Below are positions 63,999 to 64,000 of a stretch of 64,000 nucleotides of DNA, piece by piece. The number at the start of each line of letters is the position of its first letter. Position 1 is the stretch's first letter. The position numbers and the translations under genes were made by a program. Under the pieces are notes generated by a model. It had not been told where the DNA came from. It worked only from the letters and a program-made list of their open reading frames with translations, and searched no databases. The DNA lies in the NCBI RefSeq assembly GCF_964355755.1, contig NC_092678.1, positions 5,720,422 through 5,784,421 of the forward strand, in the 5' to 3' direction. Source of the stretch: Antedon mediterranea. Lineage: Eukaryota > Animalia > Echinodermata.

Positions 63999-64000
63999 GT

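Overview
This is AT-rich, intron-containing animal genomic DNA. An invertebrate, possibly an echinoderm, is inferred from the repeat content and intron style. It is not prokaryotic, and I found no rRNA, true tRNA or CRISPR array. Genes: (1) the last five coding exons of an N-acylglucosamine 2-epimerase (RENBP) on + (9352-11939); (2) an intronless class A GPCR of the melanocortin/S1P-like type with a poly-Tyr N-terminus on - (6530-7492), apparently nested in an RENBP intron; (3) a multi-exon type I sialomucin on - (exons located between 20627 and 40894, probable first exon near 48.8-49.1 kb) whose cytoplasmic tail carries the podocalyxin/CD34-family motifs GYDNP...NEKK...VP...EDTHL; (4) a small coiled-coil ORF (16170-16499) with a decayed tandem duplicate. 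The rest is mostly transposon debris (LINE fragments, tRNA-derived SINEs, Kolobok- and Harbinger-like MITEs, Helentron-like elements) and 54-, 59- and 70-bp minisatellites. The two most notable observations are the candidate invertebrate podocalyxin-like gene and four 12-25 bp CATG-led inserts, each flanked by an exact 7-bp direct repeat, that look like P-element excision footprints.
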